A stretch of DNA of 64,000 bases from Cystobasidiomycetes sp. EMM_F5 (taxonomy: Eukaryota), in the NCBI GenBank assembly GCA_051047955.1, contig JBPGPT010000015.1, forward strand, positions 310,001 through 374,000, written 5' to 3'. The position numbers were made by a program, and so were the translations under genes. Shown here in pieces: positions 15,893-28,732 of this stretch. A model generated the notes under the pieces. That model was not told the origin of the DNA. It worked only from the letters and a program-made list of their open reading frames with translations, and searched no databases. Within the stretch, counting starts at the first letter, position 1. Every line of letters starts with the position of its first letter.

Positions 15893-16167
15893 GCCTGACC
15901 ATGAGTGCGGGCAGTTTTTGTCAATAAAGTCCAAATTGAAGCTGTTTACGCGAAACAACAGACGCGCATTCAGGGTTTTTAAATCAAGAAGCTGCAAAGG
16001 TATTGCTCTTCCTGTCGATGAATACAAAACTACATCGTTTCGTGCTAGCTTTATTGCTCCTGGCGGGCTTCGATATTGTATGCTGTTTGACAAGCCACCA
16101 CCAGGGTTGGTTGCTGCGCGACTGAAAGCCGTCAAAGGCTTGCTCGAGGCGCCCTTCGCAAGTCGAC

Positions 16168-19063
16168 ATGAGCGACGGTCACCTCTCCGATGATGCAACT
16201 ATCGACGAGGACGAGCATGTCGGTCTCGTCGAAATGCCTCCCAATTTCCTGACCAGCGCGCGAGATATCCTGGGTCGAGCTGTTGGGCGTCAAGAATTAC
16301 TGGCAGCATGGGATGCGTGCTCGAACGAGCATCAAGTGGACGCTCGGATGGCAGCAGTGCTGGATTTCCTGATGGGTCAGGCTGGCAATCCTCAGGTGGA
16401 TGACGCTTCAGAAAACAACAACGACGATGCCCGCCCACCTACTTCGAATGACCCGCAAGGCAAACCGGAAAAGAGGAAAAGGCGCACCGCACAAGAACCG
16501 CAATCCTACATTGACATCTCCGACGACTCGGATGATCCCACTGATGCCCTTACCACCCGTCGTGCTGCTCGTCAAGCGCGTGAAACAGCCAGGCGAAGCT
16601 CTGCCAGTATTATTTCTATCGAAGATGACGATAACGATGAGGCCATTCAGCGCTCTGTAGAGAATAGCTTCACTAGTGCGAAAGGTGACCAGAACACTGG
16701 CGTCAGGTTTGAGTTGCCTGCGGCATCGACAGCACCAAATTCGGCATCGTCCGCGTCCTCGGCTTCCACTTCTACTTCCGCTCAGTCGGGCGGCAGCGAT
16801 ACAACGCCTGGTTCTTCTGTCCTCGATGCGGGGCCATCAACATGGCTCGTCCAGGTACTGGCAATGGTACCGGATGTTGATACCGAGCACGCCAAAGCAC
16901 TCATAGATACACATTCCAATCAAGTGAATTGCGTCGAGCATGTCATTGATGCGCTTTTTGGGGATAGCAATTACCCCAAAGCAAAGATGGCAACGGCCAG
17001 CTCGAGCAAAGGAAAGCAGAAACTCTCACCGGCCGAGCAGCAGAAAATGGACGCTGAAAAGTGGACAGACATTGCGAAGCGAGGTGCGTCTTCGATGGCG
17101 TACTGCATGGAAGCGTGAGTTGCTTGCACATGTGGTATACTTTGCAACGACCGACGCTCTTTGGCAGATTCGATGTATTGGTGGCAGAGTTTCCCATGAT
17201 ACCTAAACCTTACATTCGAGCGGTGCACATCAGCAACAAGCACTACTATGCGCCTACATTATTTCAGCTTCAAGCAGACACCGACAAGACACCCCGTCCC
17301 TTTACTATACTATCAACAGGCAGAAGAGACAAGGGCAAGGGCAAAGCCGCAGAAGTCACCGACCCTGAACTGCTTGAAGAGCGACTTTGGGTCAGAGCAG
17401 CTCGAGGTGCGAAGTCTGCCTTGGTATGCAGTGGGCGAGTAATCTGACTTTGGCCACTACAGCTGCCCAACTTGCCGAAACTCAAGCAAAGCTAGCGGAA
17501 CAACAACGTGACGCAGAAGAGGAAGCAGCTGGCCTAACGATTGAATGTGGCTGCTGCTTTACAGAGTCCGTCTTCAGCAAGGTATGCTGCGCTTTATTCC
17601 GCTGCGCAGTGACCTGCTTGAATCTGTGCTCACTCAATCTCGTCTTCTCAGATGATACAATGTCCAGACGCGCATCTTTTCTGTATGGATTGTGGTCGAA
17701 GAAATGCGGAGAACGTTCTTGGCCTGCGACAGATTGTGAGCAATGACACCTTGAATACATCTGTCCGTAATGAATAACGAGTCTCCGTGACTAGGAAATA
17801 TGCTGCATGGACCAGGACGGATGTACTGCGCAGTTTACTGCCTCTGAGCTGGCTCGATGTTTGACCCAGGGTCAGCTGGACATGCTGGAGCGATTTAGAT
17901 CAGAAAAAGCAATAGATCTGGCCGAGCTGGAGGGACTGTCCAAGTGCCCGCATTGCCCTTGGGCATGCGTCATTGAAGATCCTAGTATGTTTGTTTGCGG
18001 ACAAATGGCTACCATCGCAGCCCTGACACATTTGCATTTAGACGAGAAGCTTTTGCGCTGCAAGAATGATGAATGCATGCGCGTGACTTGCAGGAAATGC
18101 CAAAAGGTGAGTAGTGCCATTTTCATAAGAGATGATTAGGCTCACGCTGCGATACCCGCTAGGCCGACCACTTACCGAAATCTTGCGAAGAATATGCCGA
18201 CGATTTAAAGAAGAACAATATACATAAAGTCGAAGAAGCTATGACTGCTGCGTTCATCAAGAAGTGTCCGAAATGCGCGCAAGCCTTCGTCAAAGAGGAA
18301 GGCGTGAGCTACAGTGTGGGCTGTACTAGGCCGTATTTGCTGATCAATGCCCTATCGCAGTGTAACAAGATGATATGTACCAACTGTCGCACCATGTCAT
18401 GCTTCGTTTGCGGTAAACAGATCAACGGTACGTTTCTACGAGCAGTGGCGCTAATCGCTAGTCTGACTGGGCTGCATGTCAGGATACGATCATTTCCATG
18501 GCCAGCCTCCGATGCCTGGCGGGGTCGTCAATGCGTCGGCCCAGAAGTGCCCTTTGTGGGACGACACGGCCAAGCGACAATATGACGCGGTCGAAGAAGC
18601 TCGTAAAGCAGCGGCAGCGGAAGTGAAGGCAGTCGCGGAAGAGGGTCATATCGATGACGCCGAGATTGAGAAGTTGAAAGCTGCGGCACCTCCTCCACGT
18701 GCGGCAAACGATCCTTACGGACGAATGGCAGGAATGGCGCGACCGCCTCCGCCTTACTTCCCTCATGCCCCAGCGTATCAGCCGGGTCCTGCTGGAGCTG
18801 CAGACAGACAGCGGTACTTGCTGGAACGAGAAGCGCAACATGCTCGTTTTCAAGCTGAGATGCAGGCTATGCATGCACAGCGGGCAGCGCAATTAGCGCA
18901 AATACAAGCTGATCCGCGCTATGTACCCCGCCAGGCGAATCATGCAGCCTACCAACCCAATCAAGCACCACCTGCTCCGGCCGCGCCTGCACCAGTAGCG
19001 AACCCTCCGGCAGCCTACGCGCAACCCATTCCTGCATATGCCAGACGGAAGCGTAAGCGGTAG
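16168..19063 (+). CDS. RBR (RING-IBR-RING) E3 ubiquitin ligase, RNF216/TRIAD3-like
   Basis: CUE-like VLAMVPDVD, ECGCCF, QCPDAHLFCMDC, CPHCPWAC, CRKC, HKVEEAMTAAFIKKCPKC...KEEGCNKMICTNCRTMSCFVC, CPLWDD. Confidence 0.88.
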
Positions 19064-19231
19064 CCAAACCTTACAACTTTCTGATGACAGGCGAGGACAA
19101 TGTCCAAGGTATGCAATCAGTCGTTTTGGTATGCATACAACATTTCGACTGCCGTGATGCCCCTTTGTTGGTGTTACTACTCGTAGCTGCCGGTATTCTT
19201 CAATGCAACATCACATGCCACGCAACGCACT

Positions 19232-20748
19232 CTATCGCAGCGGGCTGAATGGTAGCGGTGTTAGGATTTGAGCACTCATGTTATTTGCCAGCTTGACGGT
19301 CTGCGCAGTATCAAGAGCAGGGTCAATTCTATATCGTCTGAGATCCTCAGCTGCGGACTCACCTTTGCGACTGTCCGAGACCATGTGTCAATCTCCCATG
19401 CCCGTTGACGCATCTGCTTGCGCGACTCCAGGCTCTGTGTGTGTGAACCATCAACAAGTGGCATAAGTCTGAGAAATTGGTCACACTTGCCTCGTAGTGC
19501 CACATGTGAATGACTTGATGCAGCTGACCCACTTGGGCAAACCAGGCTCCAATTGGCTGTACAAACTTCTTGCGTGCTTCAAGGCCGACTCGCCTAGTTT
19601 TTCCCCCACATCAGATTTGCATCAAACGTAGCTAGATTGCCCGCTCACCACTCGTTTTCCCATTCTAGCAGTGTGCCGGGTTTCTGTAGTGTTGTCCATC
19701 AGCATGATTGCTCTCCTAGCGACGAGAAAGATGATTATGCGCACAAGATCGTACACGCGCATCTCGTAGATTCCACCAAGCTGCTTCGGAGGAGAGGAAG
19801 GCCAGAAGCTGAATTCCTGGATTAGCTGAGATTTTCGTTCCGTGACTAGCGGCAGCAGGCGTTGTTGAAGCTTTCGCAATTCCTGGAATAGCGGGTGGGT
19901 CAGTGCGGAAATGACACCTTTTGTAGAAGGGTCTAGAAGTACCTCGGACTGGGCAATTTGTGGCATTGCAGTATCTAGGCCGTGCATGCCATTGTGCTCC
20001 CACTGTTTGCAGTGGCTTATTCAGACATGTCGGTCACGGGGATTGCATCGGAAGACGTACGATGTGATCTGCAGGAATCAACATCATGTGATCAGCGACT
20101 CAGTGTGATCTGCGCCATTGAAAATGACTTACAGAACGTGTCTAGCTCTCCGACAGCGGTCTCCCAAGATCCCGTCAATTTCACATCTATATCCTTTGTA
20201 TCGGCGAGTCTTGTGTTGTACTCTCCCACAACCTCCTTGTATTCCTCTACCTTCCCGGGAAGCACCTTGTGCCCTGTGTAGAAATGTCGTAACATTCACG
20301 ACCTACGTCAGGTACGGCTAGGTCTCGGTTATGTCTGAAGAATCTCGAGCCTCACGTAGTAGCTCGTGGATGTATTTGCCTCTTCCCACAATGTGCGAGT
20401 GCTGTCCAGAGTTGATTGCGTCCTGGTGTGTTACCGGCTGCTCCGCTTTAGCCTTCTCGGAGCCGTGCAGGATAGACTGAGTATTGACAGCAGTCGCAGT
20501 CAGCCGAGGGCGTACAAGGAGAGTTCGTACATACAGCAGACCTTCAAGAGTCCTCCAGACTTCTTACCGCTGCTCTCGTCTGTACTTGTCGATGCTGCTG
20601 GTGGAGTGTCTGCTTCAGCTAGTCTCTGCGGGGATGTCGCCAGTCCACGTCGAGCCGTCTGCCGCCATAGCTGCGTGAGGCTTGGTCTAGCCAGCGCAGA
20701 AGTGCTCGCCCATATGCTGGTTATGACACGACTTGATACCTGCTGCAT
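19232..20748 (-). CDS. NIPSNAP family mitochondrial protein
   Basis: Presequence-like N-terminus; GKYIHEL, KLTGSWETAVGELDTF, GGIYEMRVYDL, RQRAWEIDTWS, ILTPLPFSPLR*. Confidence 0.9.
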
Positions 20749-21190
20749 GTTTGTGCGATGGTCACAACAGCAAAGGCCAGACGCGAGATGTTTTGCGTGC
20801 AGATGGTCAAGAAGAATGGCACAAATCGCAGGCAGTGTGAAGTATATTCCAATATCCATGACATAGCTGCAGAAGCTCATACAGCCATTTACAACTGTCT
20901 AGTCTCCGTTTGTCTGCTGAAGTCTCGAGACTTTTATGTTTATTCAGTATATCCTGGAGTCACAGCATCCGAGACAGCAACACAGAGCTTAGCTGACAAG
21001 CCTTATCATGTCCAGCTCATTGCGTAGAGAGCAGTGATAAATACTGTGCATTATGATACGGGAACAATGATTGCGAGCACAGAACCGGCGACCACCTTCA
21101 TCGCCGTCATCGCTAGCCGGATGTGCCGAGACTTTTGTCACAAAAGCCGTATCTTTGCCTTCGACGCATCAATACTGATTCATCTCCATC

Positions 21191-22573
21191 ATGACTACTT
21201 CCTCCCAAGTTCCTACGTATACAATGTGAGAGAGCCTAGATCATCGATCCAAACTTTCTCCAAATGCGCGCGCGTCGGCTAACGAAAGCACTACTTTGAT
21301 AATCCATTCCAAAGTCTGGAAGCTGATGGACAATACCCCGATGATGTAGACGAGCAGCAGATGTTCAACGCCAATCCGACTCATCCATACAAAATCCGTT
21401 TCACCCGTGCAGCGCTGGCGCCTCTGGGCGTCGACACGTTAAAACCATGGACTGATATTCCCAAAGAACTCCGAGACCAAGTTGACGGTCTCATGATCCT
21501 CAAGCTTTTCATTACGGAGGCGGATCTGGACTTGTTCCCTAAGCTGAAAGTGTGAGGGGATCGTCCTGCTTGTCGTGCTCAAACAATACCAATGCGTTCT
21601 TCAACAGAATTGTCCGAATGGGAGTTGGCTACGATCGCATCGATAGAGTTGCTGCTGCACGAAGAGGAATCATTGTGTGCAACATACCAGGTCTGCATGT
21701 ATCGGCACCTCCTAGCCTATTTCTGACGTCCCATTTCGCTTCACAGATTATGGCACTGAAGAGGTCGCAGATCATGCATTAACCCTAGCTCTGACGTTAC
21801 GCAGAGGCATACTCTTGCATCACGATTTGCAAAGAGCGTCTCCTCCCGCGCAATGGGTTCACATAATCCACCCTCTCGTTGCCCGCAATGCAGGGTCGAC
21901 TTTTGGCATATTTGGACTTGGTCGGATAGGTACAGCTGCAGCACTGCGAGCAAAGGCTTTCGGTTTCAAAGTCCTTTTTTACGATCCTTACCTGCCGAAC
22001 GGCTCCGACAAAGCACTGGGTATCGAAAGAACCAAAAACGTGCAAGATCTGTTCCGTCGTTCAAACATCCTCTCAATACATTGTCCGAATACTCGAGAAA
22101 CAAGAAGTTGCATAGGGTATGACCTTCTGCGTCTACTCCCTGCTGGTAGCATTTTGGTCAATACTGCACGCGGGGAGATTGTTGATCTCGATGGAGTTGA
22201 GCAAGCCCTCAAGGATGGCAATTTGGCTGGAGCGGGACTAGATGTGCTGCCGCAGGAACCGGTACCGGAACCAGCTCACCCACTAATACAAGCCTATCGA
22301 AGGAGCGAACCATGGCTGACTGGCAGTGAGTACAGGATATGCTAGTACGGACCTACGCAGCTGATGCTTCATCAGGATTGGTACTAACCTGTCATACGGC
22401 CTTCTTCAGCCCGTCGTCTATACAAGAGATCCGCATCAAGTCTGCCCAGACGATGCGAGACGTGGTAAGCCCTAGCCATACCACTGGAGCCGAATTTCAG
22501 ACTAACGCGGCTAAATACCATCCAGCTTATCGATAAATTGACAACCAATGTTATTAATCCGAGCACGGAGTAG
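21191..22573 (+). CDS. D-isomer 2-hydroxyacid dehydrogenase, CtBP-like
   Basis: VRMGVGYD, VCNIPDYGTEEVADHA, GLGRIG, YDPY, LVNTARG, GAGLDVLPQEP, CHTAFFS. Confidence 0.9.
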
Positions 22574-22709
22574 CGATTACGGATACATTAGGGCTGCTGG
22601 AGTTCCGTTATTGTTGTATGATTGAAGTACAAAGCCGATCGCTTGTTTACGCGACATCGCACATAGAGGCGTGCTGTTTACGCGTATCATGCACAACGAC
22701 ACTTGACGG

Positions 22710-24141
22710 ATGCCTACGATCCTGCTGCTGGGGCCTATCGGCGCGAACCAGAATGAGATTGTGGACTTCCTGGTCGAAGAGGGGGATTTTACGCACGTCC
22801 AGTTTGGTCGACAAGAAACAGCCAGCACAAACGACCACCGCCTGTACTTTACGTCGCCGTCTGCTTTCCTCGATTATGCAACATTGAACTGGCGCAAGCG
22901 ATTCGTGACGAGCCAGATTTGTTCGCGCAATCACCTTGATGCGTTCATCAAACGGCCATGGGTACTGCTGGTCGGATGCGAAGCTGGCATACAATGGCGT
23001 TGGCAGAGATGGAACCAAGAGCGAGTCGCAACAGCACGAAGCGCAACACATGCATGCTGATGACATAATGTACTGCTTCATAGCCTGCAAAGGGCACTGC
23101 TTCCGCAGATTCCGCTCGAACAATTTGTCCATGATGACGACGTAAACATGTTCGGACCCACGCCCAGCGAAGTCGATATTCGCGAAGAGCAAGGATTGAT
23201 GTCATCAAGTAGCACTTCTACACAGACTCTACATATACCGAATGGTCATTCGGCGACCCATATGACTGTCAACACGCTACCACCACCCTCTCCAGAACTC
23301 TCCAAACGCTTCATCTCGCGTCCACCCTCACCACACAAGCTGGAACATACACACAAAGATCCGCTAGCCCCTCTCATGCGGATGTGTAACTTGCACATTC
23401 AGATGTCGCGCTATCCGACAACGCAAGACCTGAGAAGACACTTGCGCATACTGGATCTGCCGAAAGAAGATCGCATGCGGCCAGGCTGGGATAGATATTT
23501 CATGACTCTTGCTGGCCTCGCCTCGCTGAGGTAGGATTATAATCCGAAGATTAATCTATATCCGTCTGACCAGCCTTGGCTACAACAGGAGCAATTGCAT
23601 GAAACGCCGAGTTGGCGCTGTCCTTGTATCAAACAAACGCGTAGTCAGCACGGGATATAACGGAACACCGCGAGGCATGCGTAATTGCAATGAAGGTGGT
23701 TGTGGGAGATGCAATTCGACGTCCGTCTCTACGTCGGGAAACAATGGCAACGCAACACCTGTCAAAAGCGGCGTTGCTCTAGACGAGTGCTTATGTCTGC
23801 ACGCCGAGGAGAATGCTCTCCTCGAGGCTGGCAGGGAGAGAGCAGGAGCTGGATCGGGCGGTGTCCTGTACTGCAACACGTATGTTTCCCATTTTGGGGG
23901 ATATACGACCCGGTCTGACCGATGTGTTTGAATACAGTTGCCCCTGCCTGCGATGTAGCGTCAAAATCGTGCAATGCGGGATCTCCGAGGTCGTGTACTC
24001 GCAGGTGAGATGCGTTTTGAAGAGCATATCGATTGAGACCAATTGATTTCGATCTTTCAGTCATACTCGATGGATGAAGCTAGCGCACGCATTTTCAAGG
24101 AAGCTAGGGTGTCAATGAGGCAAATCCAGCTATCTGAATAA
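22710..24141 (+). CDS. DCD1: dCMP deaminase
   Basis: RPGWDRYFMTLA.LASLRSNCMKRRVGA, STGYNGTPRG, CLCLHAEENALLEAG, CPCLRCSVKIVQ. Confidence 0.95.
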
Positions 24142-24309
24142 TGAAACCCTGCAAAATTTAGCAGCCTTTGCAACTCGGCGACTGTGGAACAAGGACGGGC
24201 AGCCAAACATCCTCATCGAGCCTTCGCACCATAGTCTTGAACAATAAAGTGGTATCGTGACAGATCTGCGTAGACGATAACGGGTTGAAAAGTAACAACA
24301 GGGAACAAC

Positions 24310-25770
24310 TTACAACCGCATACACCGTACAGTATCACCCATAGCAATGGCCAGATAATCACGTCCTCCTCCCCATGCCACCGAGTCCACCGCAAATGGC
24401 ATGGTCGCAGCAGAATTCGGCAACGAAAATGTTCGCGGCAGGGTCTGCTTTTGCCGATTCTCGCTATTTGGCTGTATTGTATTCCATAACAAGACCTGAC
24501 TATCGTCGCCTACGCTTGCCAGCATTGCGGATCCAGTGTCGGGATAGTCGTGATATCCATTAGAGCTATTTGATGACGCGGAACTGCCCTGCCATGCGAT
24601 GCCATTTACGGCGGCGCTATGGCTACGTAGCTCTGCTATCGCCAATCCTGGACTGCGCACGTCCAGAACCGTAATGATTGGGGAGTCGGCATGGAGGACA
24701 GCCATAGTATTTGCATCGTTTGGGTTGAAGGCAAGCCGCAATAGGGGCGTGCCTCTAGCCCGTGAGCCATTGGTGGAAGCGGATTCATATAGGATGGTAG
24801 AGTGATCCAATTGCCGAAGATCAAACGACCGGACGGATCCGTCTGCTCCAACCGATGCAAAAACATCCTTGGAATTGGGTGACCACGCAACATCAAACAC
24901 TTCTCGGTCGTGAGATCTAGCATCATGGAGTCGTCAGTTTGAGGTCATTGTGTTGCGATCAGAAATGCTCACATTAGTTGCGTGACTGCCTGATTTGTGG
25001 AAATGTCCCAGATTGTGCAAGTTGTGTCTATTGAACTTGTCACTATCGAAGACGGCGAAATCGTAGACCAGCAAAACGACGTCAACGGCGCAGTTACGTC
25101 TCCCTTGGACTGGGATACGGGTCAGCGGTATCCCACACATCTGACATCCCGGTTATGCCTTACATTCGTTAAAGTTGATCGCTCTGACAGAGAATAGCTG
25201 GATCTTGGCGTTTGTCGACCAACGAAATTGCTCTTTGGACTTTGAAGCCCTTCCTGAGGCCCCGCTAGATCCCATAATCTGAGGCAATCACTCGTACTCG
25301 CTAGCATCTCCCTACTTTCGCTACCGCTAGCTGCACTTGCTTGCAACTTGCTCGCCAAGCTAGCTGGCGAAAAGTCTACTTTTGTGACTGGATACGCAGT
25401 CTTTTGTTTTGCCAGAGCGACAAAGTCTGATCCTGATGCCGTGCCATCTTCGCTGTACGGTTGGCTCGCGTTGCCGTAGGTATCGTATTCCTGGGTGAAT
25501 TGAGGCGATAGACCAATAATGGTGATGTTGCTCTCCGACGACGAGTCCGAATAGGAGCCAACGGCTAATTTGAGATCAGCAGGGTAAGGGTGTAGGGAAG
25601 AGTATCGTCCAGCGGCCGAGGTTGAAGCACCGCCGCTGGAGGACGAGAAGGCGAGCGCAAACGCCCTGTCTGTAGGGATGTATACTATCAGATGAAATGC
25701 CAGACGGTCATTACAGATCCGATATATACTCACAAGACGATTTGTAGTCCAGATACTCCGGCCCAGACAT
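24310..25770 (-). CDS. WD40 protein DCAF7/WDR68/YPL247C family
   Basis: YPVTKV, LASTSDCLRLW, APLTSFCWS, SSIDTTCTIWDI, VFASVGADGSVRSFDLRQLDHSTILYE, PLLRLAFN. Confidence 0.92.
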
Positions 25771-26158
25771 TGTGACGAGACTAGCGCGACGACGAGTGTT
25801 GCGGACGTGATGCCAGCTAGATGGGATGGGCGATCCACGGAGTAGAAGTGAAGCTCCACTACGGTCAATGCCCAATGCGGTCGCGCACGAGTTCTAGCAA
25901 ATCGTCCCTATTGAACCGCAGTTTCACCGGTAGTCGAACCGCAATGACCGATAAATAAAGCCAGCCAGGCCTAGACTCTCTTTATACAGGCAGCGGTGTC
26001 AGATCTGCATGCGCATGTCTTCATTGGCACACTGTCGTGACCATTCGAAGTTTGGTCGTCGTTTGCCAAAGCAGCAACGTCAAAATGAACTTGCATATTG
26101 AAGTTTGGTTTCAATCCGACTGCAAATCTAGCCAGGGTTGACGTTGGTCGAGCTACTC

Positions 26159-27521
26159 ATGGCATCGTCAAGCCTGAAGCGCGTATGGCAGCTCTCGCCC
26201 GCGCCATGCAGCCCGCTGCGACGCGGATTGGCGACGTCTGCTCGTATTCTGCAGTCATCATCTGGAAACAATAGCAGCAGCAACGATGCTTCAAGAGTCC
26301 CGCATGCCCCAAAGGGACTCGACTCGGCGACGTCGGCGCTCGACTACAAGCTCAATCACCCAAGAGCTCGCCCGCCAAAGCTCCCAGAGATTGACCCGCC
26401 GAAATGGTCTGCAGAGTACGCAGTGACCAATATCCTATAGTGAGCGCATCGTAACACGCTGGAGACGCGACGTGTGCAAGTCACTGATGCATGCTGTATC
26501 ATCTAGTAACAGTAAGCACTCTTGCCCTGGCCAAGTGTAGTGCTTGCCCACTCACATGCTCGTCTGCGTTTGGCTTGGCTGCGACAGCTCCGCCGCCGTC
26601 TACACAACCTTTCTCGCGTCGAGTACTCAATTGTCTAGTGCAAAATGAGCCTGGTGTGCTTTCCAGAGTGTCCGGTACTCTTGCGGCTAGAGGTTTCAAG
26701 TAAGTCACTTCCGGGCAGTTTCTCCGACACCCACTATTAACATTCAGGCAGCATCGACTCCTTGGTAGTGTGCACAACGGAGGTGAAGGATCTGTCGAGA
26801 ATGTGCATAGTACTCCGTGGTCAAGATGGAGTCGTAGAGCAAGCACGACGGCAGCTGGAAGATCTTGTACGAACCATAATTTGGCCGCTTGTCCTATCGG
26901 CAGCTTATTTTCCGTCTACAGGTGCCTGTCTGGGCAGTGCTTGATTATACGCATACTCGCACTATCGAGCGCGAGTTACTGCTCTGCAAAGTGTCCATTC
27001 TTGGCCCAGAATACTTTGAAGATCAGCTAGCGACAAAGATTGAAGAAGCTCGTGCCGGTGCCGGACACCACCATGAACAAACCGAAGAGCATCATCTCGA
27101 GGCTGGTACGCCTGCAGAGGAGGCCGCGCGACAGACCATGATGGCCGCCGAGTCTTCACACCCGGCTACATCCCACCACGCCCATCACGGCACACCACCG
27201 CGCGAGCAACTGACGCCCTCTGAAGCGCTTCGCCAAAAACACTTGCATCTGAGTGGCATCGATATGATTGCAAAGACGTTTGGCGGACGTATCGTCGATG
27301 TCAGCAACGATTGCGTGATTGTCGAAGTGTCTGGCAAGACACAGCGAATAGACGCATTCCTCAAACTCATTAGACCGTACGGTATCCTCGAGGCAGCGAG
27401 AACTGGTACAATGGTCATGCCCCGAGCGCCAATACAATCACCTTGGTCTGGCCTGGCCGACGAAGAGCCGGCTGAAGAGGAAGTTGCAGCCATTGATGCC
27501 GGTCTCCTCCCACCCGGTTAG
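26159..27521 (+). CDS. ILV6: Acetolactate synthase regulatory subunit, mitochondrial
   Basis: SATSALDYK, NILYNTP (via a microexon), LNCLVQNEPGVLSRVSG, GVVEQARRQLEDLVPVWAVLDY, GILEAARTG, LLPPG*. Confidence 0.96.
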
Positions 27522-27661
27522 GCATAGACAGGAGAACGACGCTAGCTGTATTGGTTGACAAGAATGCAGTGGTTGTACAACATCATCGAGCAACGAGACT
27601 GCGGGATCAAAAGAGGTGATGATGATGTGACAAGTATGACAGAACATATCCGCCATGGCCA

Positions 27662-28378
27662 CTATGGTCGAGATTTGCGCTTCTTGCCTTTTGAGGGCGC
27701 TGCGGCTCTAGAAGTATTGCGCATCTGCTGAGCCTTGTTCTTGAGCGTTCTATCTGTCCTTTCCTTCTTTGCCTTGTCTCTCGGATTTGCATCATTGTCG
27801 GCATTGTTGGGCACTTCGACAAGCCACTGATCCTCCTGATCTTTGTTTGCGCCCTTGTATCCGTACCGTGCAACGTACTCTTGCTTCTCCTCATCAAACA
27901 CCATACGCTCCCTCTTGGGCTTGGGAGCGATACCTTTGGACGTTGCAAACTTTTCCCACTTTGTCTTTTCACGGGCTTTCGGTAGCGGCTTCTCTCGTGG
28001 CAGGACTGTCGTAATCTCGGGTAGGTGTGCCATCACACCGTCCTCTGTGACCGTGGTTGGCCGTTCCCACAGTGCGTTGACGAGACCTTGGATGCCTTCG
28101 CGGGTATTGTATGACAGCGATTCCTCCCTGTCGGCCTGGTAGCTCGACACATCGAGAGGGGACGGGTCGAATACAGCCAGTAGCCCGACATCGTACGATA
28201 GTGGTTCTGCAGTCTTGGGGAGCAACGTTTGTCTGCGCAGGATGAGATTTCAATTGTCAGAATTATCGAATTTCAAGCCGACTGCCGACCCTCACTTCTT
28301 GGACTGCCTGGCGGCAAGCGTGGGTGCTGCATCTATAATCACAGCGCTCGTCGAAGCAACTGGAACAGAGTCTGCCAT
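27662..28378 (-). CDS. RRS1: Ribosome biogenesis regulator Rrs1, N-terminal domain only (short form)
   Basis: YDVGLLAVFDP, QGLVNALW, TTVLPREKPLPK..TKWEKFA..KGI, RYGYKGANK, WLVEVP; ends PSKGKKRKSRP*. Confidence 0.93.
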
Positions 28379-28732
28379 GGTGTTGAAATCTTTTTGGTTT
28401 GTTGCAGACAGAAGCAACGCTCGGTTGATCCGATGTCGACTACAGCAGTCAAGAGCATCTCCGATGTCTAGCTGGGCAGCCTCTGTTCACGTTACTAGGC
28501 GTCCCGACAATGATAAAATCTGCTCATCTTTGCATGACTTTCACGCTTGTTGTTGACTTGATGCATCCAGCCAGCGCGTCATGCAAATGGCTTCTGGCTT
28601 TCTTGACTGCCCGAACTCCAGGAAGTCTGAGTCAATTTGCCGGACCCACAGTCTGAAGGCACATATGGTACTCGGACATACGCACAAGTGACTCTGCGCG
28701 CCATTCGGGCAGCGAGACTCTGCTAGGATCCA

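Noticed and set aside
15893..16198. Apparent TEL2 N-terminal extension overlapping the RBR gene start
   Set aside because: The extension is not Tel2-like; MSDDARSLV at 15892 is the more plausible start.
20306..20322. Possible microexon in NIPSNAP
   Set aside because: A single intron already gives in-frame GKYIHELLRHKV.
27683..27692. AG|GCAAGA as a possible GC donor for trans-splicing of the RRS1 halves
   Set aside because: Weak site inside Lys/Gly codons; both halves already have their own start and stop; no support without cDNA.
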